From an uncultured Gemmatimonadales bacterium (GTDB lineage Bacteria; Gemmatimonadota; Gemmatimonadetes; Gemmatimonadales; Gemmatimonadaceae), in NCBI GenBank assembly GCA_963701965.1, contig OY969695.1, forward strand, positions 2,112,001-2,176,000: a stretch of DNA of 64,000 nt. The letters are read 5' to 3'. Both the position numbers and the translations under genes were made by a program. Within the stretch, counting starts at the first letter, position 1; the number at the start of each line of letters is the position of its first letter. This document shows positions 41,979 through 51,396 of the stretch, piece by piece. The notes beneath the pieces were generated by a model, which saw only the letters and a list, made by a program, of their open reading frames with translations, ran no database searches and had not been told where the DNA came from.

Positions 41979-42773
41979 ATGCGACCCACGCCCTATGAGC
42001 TGGCGGTCGGTTTCGGCACAAACTTCTTCGATGCCCTCGGCATCGGATCGTTCGCCACCACGACCGCGGCGTTCAAGGCCCGCAACGTGGTCCCGGACGA
42101 GCGGATCCCCGGCACGCTCAACGTCGGGCACCTGCCGCCGACGATCGCCGAGGCGTTCATCTACATCAGCGCGATCAACGTCGAGACGGTGACTTTGGTG
42201 GCGCTCATCGCCGGCGCGACGGCCGGCGCCTGGATGGGCGCCGGTGTCGTGAGCCGGTGGCCGCGCCCCGTCGTCCAGCGGGGCATGGCGATCGCGCTCC
42301 TGCTGACGGCGTCGTTCATGATCCTCCGACAGGTGGGACTCTTTCCGCCGGGCGGCGACGCGATCGGTCTGGCGCCGAAGTGGCTCGCGGTCGGAGTCCT
42401 GGGCAACGCGCTCTTCGGCGCGCTCATGACCCTCGGCGTGGGCATGTACGCGCCGTGCATGGGGATGGTCAGTCTCCTCGGCATGAGCCCGGCCACGGCC
42501 TTTCCCATCATGATGGGATCGTGCGCATTCCTGATGCCGGTGGCCAGTATCCGCTTCATGCGCGCCGGGGCCTACGCGCCGCGCGCCGCGCTGGGGTTGG
42601 CGCTCGGCGGCATTCCCGGTGTCCTGGTCGCCGCGTTCCTGGTAAAGTCGATCCCGTTGGGCGCCCTGCGCTGGCTGGTGGTCGGCGTCATCCTGTACAC
42701 CGCGGCCATCATGTGGCGATCGAGTCGCCTAGAGGCGAATGACCGCCTTGCCGCGGATGGCGCCCTGCCGTAG
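41979..42773 (+). CDS. TauE/SafE family sulfite exporter-like permease
   Basis: TNFFDALGIGSFA, GTLNVG and FPIMMGSCAFL; multiple TM segments. Confidence 0.85.
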   Translation: MRPTPYELAVGFGTNFFDALGIGSFATTTAAFKARNVVPDERIPGTLNVGHLPPTIAEAFIYISAINVETVTLVALIAGATAGAWMGAGVVSRWPRPVVQRGMAIALLLTASFMILRQVGLFPPGGDAIGLAPKWLAVGVLGNALFGALMTLGVGMYAPCMGMVSLLGMSPATAFPIMMGSCAFLMPVASIRFMRAGAYAPRAALGLALGGIPGVLVAAFLVKSIPLGALRWLVVGVILYTAAIMWRSSRLEANDRLAADGALP

Positions 42774-42911
42774 GCGTTCGAGCAACTGTCCCACGCCGTC
42801 CAACGGTACCGTGGCGGCGATCCGCGCCGAGATTGCGCCGTCCGCCAAATCGTCGCCGCCGGGTCAGCGGCGATCGGGCGCCCTGTTCCTGCGCGACACC
42901 GACCATCGCGC

Positions 42912-43466
42912 TTACGGCAAAAGCTCGCGGGGAATCGGGGCGTCTTTGCGCTCGTCATCCCAGGACGCCGCCGTGATCCACCACCGCGTGCCGTCCCAGT
43001 AGAGATCGAGGCTATTCACGCCGCGGCCGGTCACCGGCCCAGTGCCGACGGCACGCGTCTCGTAGGTGCTCATGACGTGCGCGACGTTCCCCATCCGTTG
43101 CGTGGTCCGGTGGATCTCACGCTCGGCAAAGCCGCTCCGCACCAGCGAAGCATTCGTCGCATCCACGTATTCCTGATGGGTGTAGACGTTGACCGTGGGC
43201 GTCCCATCCTTCTTGACGCCCGCCGCGAAGAAGCGAATGCCCGGCCAGTACAGCGTGCGATCCCGACTCCACTGCCTCGGCTGCCCCGACCGGCCCGTAA
43301 TGACGTCGTAGTACGCGGCGACAATGCCGTCCATCGTCGCCACATCGGCCGGCCGCGCCGCGATCGTCGGCACGACGATCTTGGCTGGAGGCGGGCTCGA
43401 CTGACCGGAGACGCGTGCAAGCGGAGCCGACAGTAGTATCGCGACGACAGGGAAGAAACGACGCAT
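42912..43466 (-). CDS. Secreted NTF2-like hypothetical protein
   Basis: Signal peptide, YDVITG, FAEREI, GVNS and WWI. Confidence 0.75.
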   Translation of the reverse strand: MRRFFPVVAILLSAPLARVSGQSSPPPAKIVVPTIAARPADVATMDGIVAAYYDVITGRSGQPRQWSRDRTLYWPGIRFFAAGVKKDGTPTVNVYTHQEYVDATNASLVRSGFAEREIHRTTQRMGNVAHVMSTYETRAVGTGPVTGRGVNSLDLYWDGTRWWITAASWDDERKDAPIPRELLP

Positions 43467-43490
43467 ATATGGGTGTTGGGGAGAGGGTCC

Positions 43491-43519
43491 TTGCCAAACC
43501 TACCGGAATAGGCTATCTT
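43491..43519 (+). promoter_or_regulatory. Sigma70 promoter of the csp gene
   Basis: TTGCCA-N17-TATCTT. Confidence 0.7.
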
Positions 43520-43565
43520 CGTAGTTCGTCGAGTGAATACTACGCCTCCCACGACCATCAAAGAC

Positions 43566-43603
43566 ATCGGGATTCGGCCTCCGAGCCGATCCCGATTTGT
43601 TTT
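43566..43603 (+). terminator. Terminator-like hairpin inside the csp leader
   Basis: ATCGGGAT...ATCCCGAT stem followed by TTGTTTT. Confidence 0.55.
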
Positions 43604-43671
43604 ATATGGTAGTGTTGCCGGTGCTGATTTTCGCTCATATCCGACAACACTACAGTACAGGTACTAGGACA

Positions 43672-43884
43672 ATGCGTACGACAGGAACGGTCAAGTGGTT
43701 CAACGATGCCAAGGGGTTCGGTTTCATCACCCCCGAGGGTGGACAGAAGGATTGCTTCGTCCATCACTCGGCCATCCAAGGCTCCGGCTTCAAGTCGTTG
43801 GCCGAGGGTGAGCACGTCGAGTTCGAGATCGTGCAGGGCCAGAAGGGCCCGGCCGCCGAGAACGTGACGAAGCTGGCTCGCTAA
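43672..43884 (+). CDS. Cold-shock protein (CspA family)
   Basis: [15 protein letters not shown] and CFVHHSAI; 70 aa. Confidence 0.97.
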   Translation: MRTTGTVKWFNDAKGFGFITPEGGQKDCFVHHSAIQGSGFKSLAEGEHVEFEIVQGQKGPAAENVTKLAR

Positions 43885-43887
43885 GGC

Positions 43888-44367
43888 TCAGTCAGTGACC
43901 GTAGGTGGCGGCGGGTCGGGCTCACGCTCGATCCGCCGACACGTTTCCAGGTACAGTTTGTAGACTCCGGCCGCGACGCCCGGCCGTGACACCGTCCGTT
44001 GCAGCGTGCGCAGTTCGTCCGCGCAGGCGCCCAGCTCCTCCGTACCCAGTGCTCCACTGGTTAGCAGCAGTTCCAGGGTCGGGACCGGGTCGTTCAGCTG
44101 CAGGGCAGCACGCCAGGGATCCGCGGCTTGGGACTGCTCGCGCACCCCGCCGCCGAGTCGCACCAACCAACGCACCGCGCTGAGTTTCCGCGCCACCACG
44201 GCATCGTAGAGATGCGTGTGTCCCGTGATCGGCGAGACCGAGCCGATGGCCTCACGCAGCCGCACGCGATCTCGCCACATGACTTCCCCGAAGTCGGCCT
44301 TGATGAGGGCGGCGAGCTCGGAGTGCGGATCGCTGAACATTGCGAAGTGGTTGGTGCCAGGCGTCAT
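43888..44367 (-). CDS. Hypothetical protein with degenerate ankyrin-like repeats
   Basis: GHTHLYDAVVARKLSAVRWLVRLGG and DPWRAALQLNDPVPTLELLLTSGA. Confidence 0.55.
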   Translation of the reverse strand: MTPGTNHFAMFSDPHSELAALIKADFGEVMWRDRVRLREAIGSVSPITGHTHLYDAVVARKLSAVRWLVRLGGGVREQSQAADPWRAALQLNDPVPTLELLLTSGALGTEELGACADELRTLQRTVSRPGVAAGVYKLYLETCRRIEREPDPPPPTVTD

Positions 44368-44471
44368 GAGGAAATATAGCCTCGGGGACGCTCATCGCGC
44401 TCCCATTGCTCGACCGCCAGGGCGAGGAGTCGCGCGATCAGTTCGGGATACGAGAGCCCGCTGCAAGACAT
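44364..44471 (-). pseudogene. 35-codon remnant resembling the D-Ala-D-Ala ligase C-terminus
   Basis: Encodes MSCSGLSYPELIARLLALAVEQWERDERPRGYISS. Confidence 0.6.
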
Positions 44472-46846
44472 TACTGGCGCGCCATGGCGATACCGATAGC
44501 CTCCTCCGGCGAGACCAGGTGATCGACGCTCACCGCGTCCTTGTCGATGGCGAGTTGCACGCCCTTGATGCGGCCCGAGAACCCGTTGCCCCGTGAGCCA
44601 TAGTCGGGCGACACCGGCGACCCGCTGTCTTCTCCGACGTCGCACCCATCGTCCGCGGAGAACACGATCGCCTCGGTGGCGTCGACTTTCCCCTGGCCGA
44701 CCTTCTGGCCATCGACATACAATGACGCCGTACCGCCCTTGCCCAGTCCGCCGCCGGCGTAGGCGAATTCCATCCGCACCTGGTGCTCACCGGGCGTCAA
44801 CGTGGCTTTCGATTCGACGCAAAAGAGCTGGATGCCGAACAGGTTGTAGCAGTATTTGAGTTTGCCCTCGTTGGCGTAGAGACTCCAGCCACCGATGTTG
44901 CCGCCTTGGGCGACGATCACGCCCTTGGCTCCCGTCGAGGGAACGACAATGTCGGCCGTCACCGAGTGCGACTTGTTCTTGAGATTGACGACCGAGTTCT
45001 CGGACAGTCGGCCCATGCCGCCAAAGAGCACTTGGGAATGGCCTTTGATCAATATCGGCCGGCCTGCCGTATCCGGGTTCATGCGCTCCGCGGTCCGGTC
45101 GTCTAGCGGCAGGACGTTATACCGTGTGGCCTCGATCAACCACAGCCGCTGCAGTTCGTGCAGCTTGTCGGGCATCTCCGGCGCCAGGTTGTGCGCCTGG
45201 CTCCAATCGGTGTTGGTGTCGTACAGCTCCCAGTTGTCGTCGTCGAACGCCGGTGTCTTCTCGCCGATGAGGAGCCACGGCGTCTTGTGTCGGGTCACGG
45301 CCGTCCACCCCTTGTGGTAGATGCCGCGGTTTCCGAACATTTCGAAGTACTGTGTCTCGTGGCGCTCGGCGGCCTTGGCGTCGTTGAACGTGTAGGCCAT
45401 GCTGACGCCTTCGATCGGATGCTGCTGGACGCCGTTGACGGAGAGCGGTTCCGGTAAGCCGGCCGCTTCCAGCAGGGTCGGGGCCACGTCGATCACGTGA
45501 TGGAACTGCGTGCGCATTTCGCCTTTCCCCGCGATGCCCTTGGGCCAGTGCACGATCGCCCCGTTGCGCGTGCCACCCCAATGCGAGGCCACCTGCTTGG
45601 TCCACTGATACGGCGTGTCCAAGGCGTGCGCCCAGCCCACCGCGTAGTGATTGTACGACTCCGGGCCACCGAGCTTGTCGAGCCGCTCAATGAGAAACTC
45701 GGGCGTCTCCAGCGCGGCGGCGCCATTGAAGTTGATCATCTCATTGTAGGTGCCATTGAGCGTCCCCTCGGCCGACGCGCCATTGTCGCCGATGACGTAG
45801 TAGATGAGCGTGTCGTCGAGCAGATTGATCCGTTCCAGCCCATCCACGAGTCGGCCGACATGGTAGTCGGCGTATTCCAAGTATCCGGCGTACACCTCCA
45901 TCTGCCGAATCAGGACCGGCTTGAGTGCCGCCGGCATCGCATCCCACGCCGGGATTTCCTTGGGCCGTGCCGTGAGCTGGCAATCCTGGGGAATGACGCC
46001 CAGCTTCTTTTGCCGGGCAAAAGTCTGCTCGCGAAGCGCGTCCCACCCCTGGTCGAACTTCCCCTTGTACTTGTCGGCCCATTCTTTGGGGACGTGGTGC
46101 GGCGCGTGGGTCGCACCGGGCGCGAAGTAGACGAAGAACGGCTTGTCGGGAATGAGCGCCTTCTGCTGCCCAATCCAGCCGATGGCCTTGTCCGTCATGT
46201 CCTCCATGAAGTGGTAGCCCTCTTCGGGCGTCCGCTTCGGATCGACGGGCGTGGTGCCTTCGTACAGCGTCGGATACCACTGGTTCGCCTCCCCGCCGAT
46301 GAACCCGTAGAAATACTCAAATCCGCCTCCGCCGGTCGGCCACGCGTCGAACGGGCCGGCGGGGCTGGTCTCCCACACGGGCACCTCATGGCATTTGCCG
46401 AACTGGGCCGTCCCATACCCGTTGAGCTTGAGCGTCCGGGCAATCGGTGAGCACGTGTTGGGCAGCACCGAGCTATAGCCAGGGGCTCCGCTGGCGATTT
46501 CGGTGATGCTGCCCATACCGACCGTGTGGTGATTCCGTCCGGTCAGCATAGCCTGGCGCGTGGGCGAGCACAGCGCCGTGGTGTGAAAGCGGGTGTACTT
46601 GAGGCCACCGCTCGCGAGACGCTCCGCGTTCGGCGTGTTGCAGGGACCACCGAACGCGCTCGACGACCCGAAGCCCGCGTCATTGATCAGGACGATCAGG
46701 ACGTTCGGTGCGCCCTTGGGCGGCCGCAGCTGGGGAATCGGCGGATAGTGGGTTTCCGGGTCCTTCGCATCATACGTGATGAGCCCCGTGCGCGGTCGAT
46801 CGGGGATAGGCAGAACGGTTCGCTGGATGTCGTCGAGCGAAGGCAT
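44471..46846 (-). CDS. Large arylsulfatase with C-terminal lectin/LamG-like domain
   Basis: GAPNVLIVL, LCSPTRQAMLTGRNHH and GDNGAS; start MPSLDD. Confidence 0.93.
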   Translation of the reverse strand: MPSLDDIQRTVLPIPDRPRTGLITYDAKDPETHYPPIPQLRPPKGAPNVLIVLINDAGFGSSSAFGGPCNTPNAERLASGGLKYTRFHTTALCSPTRQAMLTGRNHHTVGMGSITEIASGAPGYSSVLPNTCSPIARTLKLNGYGTAQFGKCHEVPVWETSPAGPFDAWPTGGGGFEYFYGFIGGEANQWYPTLYEGTTPVDPKRTPEEGYHFMEDMTDKAIGWIGQQKALIPDKPFFVYFAPGATHAPHHVPKEWADKYKGKFDQGWDALREQTFARQKKLGVIPQDCQLTARPKEIPAWDAMPAALKPVLIRQMEVYAGYLEYADYHVGRLVDGLERINLLDDTLIYYVIGDNGASAEGTLNGTYNEMINFNGAAALETPEFLIERLDKLGGPESYNHYAVGWAHALDTPYQWTKQVASHWGGTRNGAIVHWPKGIAGKGEMRTQFHHVIDVAPTLLEAAGLPEPLSVNGVQQHPIEGVSMAYTFNDAKAAERHETQYFEMFGNRGIYHKGWTAVTRHKTPWLLIGEKTPAFDDDNWELYDTNTDWSQAHNLAPEMPDKLHELQRLWLIEATRYNVLPLDDRTAERMNPDTAGRPILIKGHSQVLFGGMGRLSENSVVNLKNKSHSVTADIVVPSTGAKGVIVAQGGNIGGWSLYANEGKLKYCYNLFGIQLFCVESKATLTPGEHQVRMEFAYAGGGLGKGGTASLYVDGQKVGQGKVDATEAIVFSADDGCDVGEDSGSPVSPDYGSRGNGFSGRIKGVQLAIDKDAVSVDHLVSPEEAIGIAMARQ

Positions 46847-46942
46847 GAATGCTTCTCCAACGTGGGATCCCGAACAGAGTAGCGCGCGCGGGTGCCGACG
46901 ATCAGTGAACTCTAGGTCTAACATCACAGCGGACTGAGCGTC

Positions 46943-46971
46943 ACGGCTCTGGTCTCGTTGACCAGGGCCGT
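46943..46971. terminator. Hairpin downstream of the PQQ dehydrogenase
   Basis: ACGGCTCTGGTC-TCGTT-GACCAGGGCCGT. Confidence 0.5.
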
Positions 46972-46986
46972 TTGTACTAACAATCG

Positions 46987-49224
46987 CTAGCGCCGCCGGA
47001 GGACGAACGCCGCGTCCTGATGCTGGTGGTCGGCACAGGGTCCGTCGAGCGTCCCGCTCCCCTCCAGCACTGTGCCGCCGTTCCACAGCGCGAGCGCTGC
47101 CGTCACCGTCGCGGTGCAATTGTCCTTCGCGGGATACCGAAATGGGAACGCGATCGTCACCGTCCGTCCATTCTGGTGGGCCGTCACCGGACTGGTGATC
47201 TCGACCGAGTCGAGCTGGGCGCTCGCCGACACGGAGTCGCCCGGTGTCCGAAGCGTGACCGACATCCCGAAGTGGGCGGCACCAATGTGCATCGCCCCGG
47301 CCCAGTCGCCCGACAACGCACCGGACGTCGTATCCGGCACGGGCGCCCCGGGCCCAGGAAGCGTGAACGCCATCACATAGTCTCCCATCGCCGTGTGCAG
47401 CCGGTCGTGTCCACCGGCGGCGATCACGATGTACTGGCGACCGCCGGCCCGGTAGCTCATGGGGAGCGCGTGCGCGGCCGCCGGGAGCGCGGCGCTCCAC
47501 CGCTCCGTGCCGGTCTCGATGTCGAGCGCGCGGAGGTGCTGATCGTACGTGCCGGCAATGAACACGAGTCCGGACTTGGTGAGCAACGCGCCGCCGAGGT
47601 TGAACGATCCCCATTGGCGCGCGCCCGGTACGTGCTCGAGCGATGGGAACCATCCCAGCGGCACCTGCCACTTAATGACCCCGCGCGTGAGATCGAACCC
47701 GGTCAGCGTGCCCCACGGCGGCGGTGTGCACGTTCGTAGATCGGTGCGGCTCATCGCGTACGGCGTCCCGATCTGCCGGCCGTACTCGATATCGGGATGC
47801 GCCAGGTACGCAGCGTGCAGGCTGTCACGCGGGATCAGCCGAACGACCATGGCGAGTCGATTGACCGGGGCCACGAGAATGCCGCGACCCTCATCGACGG
47901 ACACACCCGACCAGTTCATCCCGCCCACGTTGCCGGGCCAGATGATCGTGCCCTCGAGGGACGGAGGCGTAAAGACGCCGTGAAAGCGCAGAGCCGCGAT
48001 CCGCGCGCGGCACGCCGCGCGGGCGGAATCGGACACGCCGAAGGCCTGGTCGGCCGAGAGGCTCTCGGGCGCGAAGCGGAACGCCGGGGGTGGGAACGGC
48101 TGCGTGGGAGCGGCGTGTTCGCCGGGCACGTCACTCGCAGGGACGGGGCGCTCTTCCACGGGCACGAGCGGGACGCCGGTGCGGCGATCGAGAAGGAAGA
48201 GATGCCCCATCTTCGTCGCGACCGCCACCGCCGGAACGACGTGGCCGGCGTGCCGCCACGTGAACAACACCGGCTGCGCCGGCACATCGTAGTCCCACAG
48301 ATCGTGATGCACGACCTGGAACGCCCACACCACGGCACCCGTGGACGCGCGCAGCGCGACCACGGAGTTCGCGTACCGGTTGTCGCCCGGGCGCTCGCCA
48401 CCATAGAAGTCGGGGCTGGCGCTCCCCACGGGAACAAGGAGGAGATCGCGCGCGGGATCCGCCGAAAAGATGCTCCACGCGTTGGCGGCGCCCGTATTGT
48501 GTACCGTGGGGAGGGGATCGAATCTCCAGCGGAGCGCGCCGGTGCGCGCGTCGAACGCCCGGATCACCCCATCGGGCGCGTCGGTGCGCCGATTGTCCGG
48601 GACCGCCGAGCCGACGATGACGAGCGCGCCGACGACGATCGGCGGGGACGTCACGCCATACTCCCAATGGTACTGGGGTTGGTGGCGCAGACCGACCGTG
48701 AGGTCGATCGTGCCGTGCTGGCCGAAGTCGTCACAGGGGCGACCGGTCCGTCCGTCCAACGCTATGAGCTGGGCGTTGATGGTGGCGACGTAGACGCGCA
48801 ACGCGCACGCGTCGCCAGGACGACCGGCCGACCACACGGCGACGCCGCGATTGGCGAAGTCGCCATAGTCGTCGCCGAAAGAGACAGGTCCGTCGTACTT
48901 CCACCGCTGTGCGCCGGTCGCGGGGTCGAGCGCCAGGACGCTGCCGAGCGGGGTGGAGACGTACAACGTGCCACCAGCCAGGATGGGAGTCGCCTCGAAC
49001 CGGCCACGGTCGGCCAGGAAGTCGCCCGTGCGTGCGATCCATGCCAAACGGAGCTGACCAACGTTCGTGCGGTCGATCCCGGCGAGCGGCGTGTAGCGCG
49101 TGCCGCCCGGATCCCGGCCGTACGCCGGCCACCCGCCCGAGTCGGACGGCGTTTGCGCCGCCGCGACGCTGGCGACGAGCAGGGCGAGTCCGCAGGCGGT
49201 GCGGTTCAGGCGGTTGGCGGGCAT
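46987..49224 (-). CDS. PQQ-dependent glucose/quinate-type dehydrogenase with C-terminal extension
   Basis: WPAYGRDPGG, FEATP, NRGVA, HHDLWDYD and PPWG; signal peptide. Confidence 0.92.
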   Translation of the reverse strand: MPANRLNRTACGLALLVASVAAAQTPSDSGGWPAYGRDPGGTRYTPLAGIDRTNVGQLRLAWIARTGDFLADRGRFEATPILAGGTLYVSTPLGSVLALDPATGAQRWKYDGPVSFGDDYGDFANRGVAVWSAGRPGDACALRVYVATINAQLIALDGRTGRPCDDFGQHGTIDLTVGLRHQPQYHWEYGVTSPPIVVGALVIVGSAVPDNRRTDAPDGVIRAFDARTGALRWRFDPLPTVHNTGAANAWSIFSADPARDLLLVPVGSASPDFYGGERPGDNRYANSVVALRASTGAVVWAFQVVHHDLWDYDVPAQPVLFTWRHAGHVVPAVAVATKMGHLFLLDRRTGVPLVPVEERPVPASDVPGEHAAPTQPFPPPAFRFAPESLSADQAFGVSDSARAACRARIAALRFHGVFTPPSLEGTIIWPGNVGGMNWSGVSVDEGRGILVAPVNRLAMVVRLIPRDSLHAAYLAHPDIEYGRQIGTPYAMSRTDLRTCTPPPWGTLTGFDLTRGVIKWQVPLGWFPSLEHVPGARQWGSFNLGGALLTKSGLVFIAGTYDQHLRALDIETGTERWSAALPAAAHALPMSYRAGGRQYIVIAAGGHDRLHTAMGDYVMAFTLPGPGAPVPDTTSGALSGDWAGAMHIGAAHFGMSVTLRTPGDSVSASAQLDSVEITSPVTAHQNGRTVTIAFPFRYPAKDNCTATVTAALALWNGGTVLEGSGTLDGPCADHQHQDAAFVLRRR

Positions 49225-49334
49225 CCGGAGAAGATGCGCCGAATGCCGCGGAGGGGAAGGATGTCGATGCATGCCTTAGTCCAATGGCCGATGGGCCCGG
49301 CACATTGGCATCGTGTGATCAAATGGAGGATCGC

Positions 49335-50714
49335 ATGCAGACGTTGGAAACGCGCATCGGCCCGATCGAGATCGAGAACGGATACCCGAGTCGGCAGACT
49401 GTGACCAAACTGTACGACGAGCTCGATTTCGAGCGCGCCGTGCAGGCGTATATCTGGGCCATGCCCATCGTCGCCATCGATGCGCTTCGTTTTGGGCTCG
49501 AACGGGACAGCGGGGTCAAGGCCAATGATGTCGCCGTGTTCAGCACGTACGTCACGCCCGACCAGATCGGACTCACCGCCAACAATACCACGATCTACGC
49601 GATCGCCGCGGTCGACCTGACGCGCGGACCGATGGTGATCGACTCGCCGCCGGAGGCGTACGGCGTGATCGACGACTATTGGCAACGTCCGCTGGTCGAG
49701 ATCGGGCCCTTTGGCCCCGACAAGGGTCGCGGCGGCCGGTTTGTCATCCTACCGCCCGACTCCAGCGATCAGGCGCCAGCGGGCAGCATCGCCGTCCGGT
49801 CCACGACACGGCGCGTAGTATATGTGGCGCGCGCCCTGGTGCGCGGCGGCGATGTCCAGAGCGCCGCCAACACCCTGCGCACGATCAGGATTTATCCGCT
49901 GGCGCTCGCCGCGAATCCCCCCGCCACACGGCTCGTCGATACATCCAACAATAAGAATGACACGATCGCGCCCGCGGGGTACGAGTATTGGTCCCGGCTG
50001 GCGGGGATCCTGGACATCGAGCCCGTGGAGGAACGGGACCGCTTCTTTCACGCCATGCTCAAACCGCTCGGCATCGAGAAGGGCAAGCCGTTCAAACCCG
50101 ACGAGCGTCAGCAGTCGCTCCTGACCGAGGCCGCCGTTATCGGCTTTCGCATGGCTCAGACCATCAGCATGGCACCGCGTTTCGAGAACGCGATGGCCTA
50201 TCCGGGCACGCATTGGGAATGGGTGCTGACGTTGAACCCGAATCAGGAAGCGGAAAACTACAGCCAGCTCGATGAGCGCACGGACTACACGTTCGAGGCG
50301 ATCACCGTGGCCGAGGGGATGGTCAAACCGCTCGTGGGTACTGGTTCGCAGTATATGAGCGCGGCCAAGGACGAAAAAGGCGACTGGCTCGATGGCGCCA
50401 AGAGCTACCGCCTACGCATCCCGACGGACGTTCCCGTCAAAGACTTCTGGGCCGTCACGGTCTACGACAATCTTACGAGATCCATGATCAAGACGGATAC
50501 CGGCAAATCCGGCGTGTCGAGTCAGGACAATCTGCAGAGCAATCCCGACGGCTCGATCGATGTGTTCTTCGGCCCGAATGGTCCGGCCAGTGGAACGTCC
50601 AACTGGATCAAGACGACCCCGGGCAACGGTTGGTTCACGTATTTTCGGTGGTACGGCCCGACCCAGGCGTTCTTCGACAAATCCTGGACGCTGCCGGACA
50701 TCCAACTCAGCTGA
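49335..50714 (+). CDS. DUF1254/DUF1214 protein
   Basis: RAVQAYIWAMP, TANNTTIY, GPDKGRGG, FWAVTVYD and RWYGP; GGAGG RBS. Confidence 0.92.
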   Translation: MQTLETRIGPIEIENGYPSRQTVTKLYDELDFERAVQAYIWAMPIVAIDALRFGLERDSGVKANDVAVFSTYVTPDQIGLTANNTTIYAIAAVDLTRGPMVIDSPPEAYGVIDDYWQRPLVEIGPFGPDKGRGGRFVILPPDSSDQAPAGSIAVRSTTRRVVYVARALVRGGDVQSAANTLRTIRIYPLALAANPPATRLVDTSNNKNDTIAPAGYEYWSRLAGILDIEPVEERDRFFHAMLKPLGIEKGKPFKPDERQQSLLTEAAVIGFRMAQTISMAPRFENAMAYPGTHWEWVLTLNPNQEAENYSQLDERTDYTFEAITVAEGMVKPLVGTGSQYMSAAKDEKGDWLDGAKSYRLRIPTDVPVKDFWAVTVYDNLTRSMIKTDTGKSGVSSQDNLQSNPDGSIDVFFGPNGPASGTSNWIKTTPGNGWFTYFRWYGPTQAFFDKSWTLPDIQLS

Positions 50715-50943
50715 GACCCACCGCCGCGCGAGCGTCCTCCAGCGCGGCGGTCGGGACCCGCACTGTCACCCCACGCGCCGTCGCTCCCTGGAACCCGGGG
50801 CCGAAGATGCCAACCGTGTCGTTGTTGTCACGAACCGCCGGAATCTCCGCCGCTTCCAGCAAGCCCATCGCGAAGTCGGCCTCGAACCCCGAGGCGTACG
50901 TAGCGAGCACGGCCCATCCGCTGTCGCTCGGCGTTTTGTGCAT
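50707..50943 (-). CDS. DUF2007-like small protein
   Basis: EADFAMGLLEAAEIP...VRVP pattern. Confidence 0.7.
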   Translation of the reverse strand: MHKTPSDSGWAVLATYASGFEADFAMGLLEAAEIPAVRDNNDTVGIFGPGFQGATARGVTVRVPTAALEDARAAVGLS

Positions 50944-50961
50944 CACCTTAACTTATCGCAC

Positions 50962-51396
50962 ATGACCCCAACGGGGATATCGCCGACGACGTTCGGCGCG
51001 ATCTTGCCGGAGGATGTCGAGTGGCTGGCGTTCGCGGCATTCCCTCCGTCCGTTCGGTTGGCCGTCCTCGTCGGCGATCCAACGCAGCCCGGCCCCTTCG
51101 TCATCAGAGTGAAAGTGCCGCGCGGCGTCAAACTGATGCCCCACCGGCATCCCGAAGATCGCATCTATACCGTGATCTCAGGAGTGTTCTACATCGGCCG
51201 CGGCACCGCGTTCGATGCGGAGAAACTGACGGCGTACGCCCCGGGCAGTGTCGTCGTCCTCCCCGGGAATACGCCGCACTTTCACTGGGCCCGATCCGGC
51301 GAGTACGTGAGCCAGGTCAACGCCATCGGTCCGCTAGGCCTCGACTATGTAGACGCGGCCGATGATCCGCGACAACGTCCGGCCCGCGGGAGCTAA
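50962..51396 (+). CDS. Cupin domain protein
   Basis: PHRHPEDR and PHFHW. Confidence 0.88.
   Translation: MTPTGISPTTFGAILPEDVEWLAFAAFPPSVRLAVLVGDPTQPGPFVIRVKVPRGVKLMPHRHPEDRIYTVISGVFYIGRGTAFDAEKLTAYAPGSVVVLPGNTPHFHWARSGEYVSQVNAIGPLGLDYVDAADDPRQRPARGS

Noticed and set aside
42774..42911. Unexplained 138-nt spacer between convergent genes
   Set aside because: I found no convincing ORF, repeat or stable hairpin.
46847..47671. N-terminal extension making the sulfatase 1066 aa
   Set aside because: It overlaps the PQQ dehydrogenase in another frame. The real start is probably the ATG at 46846, which follows a GGAG.
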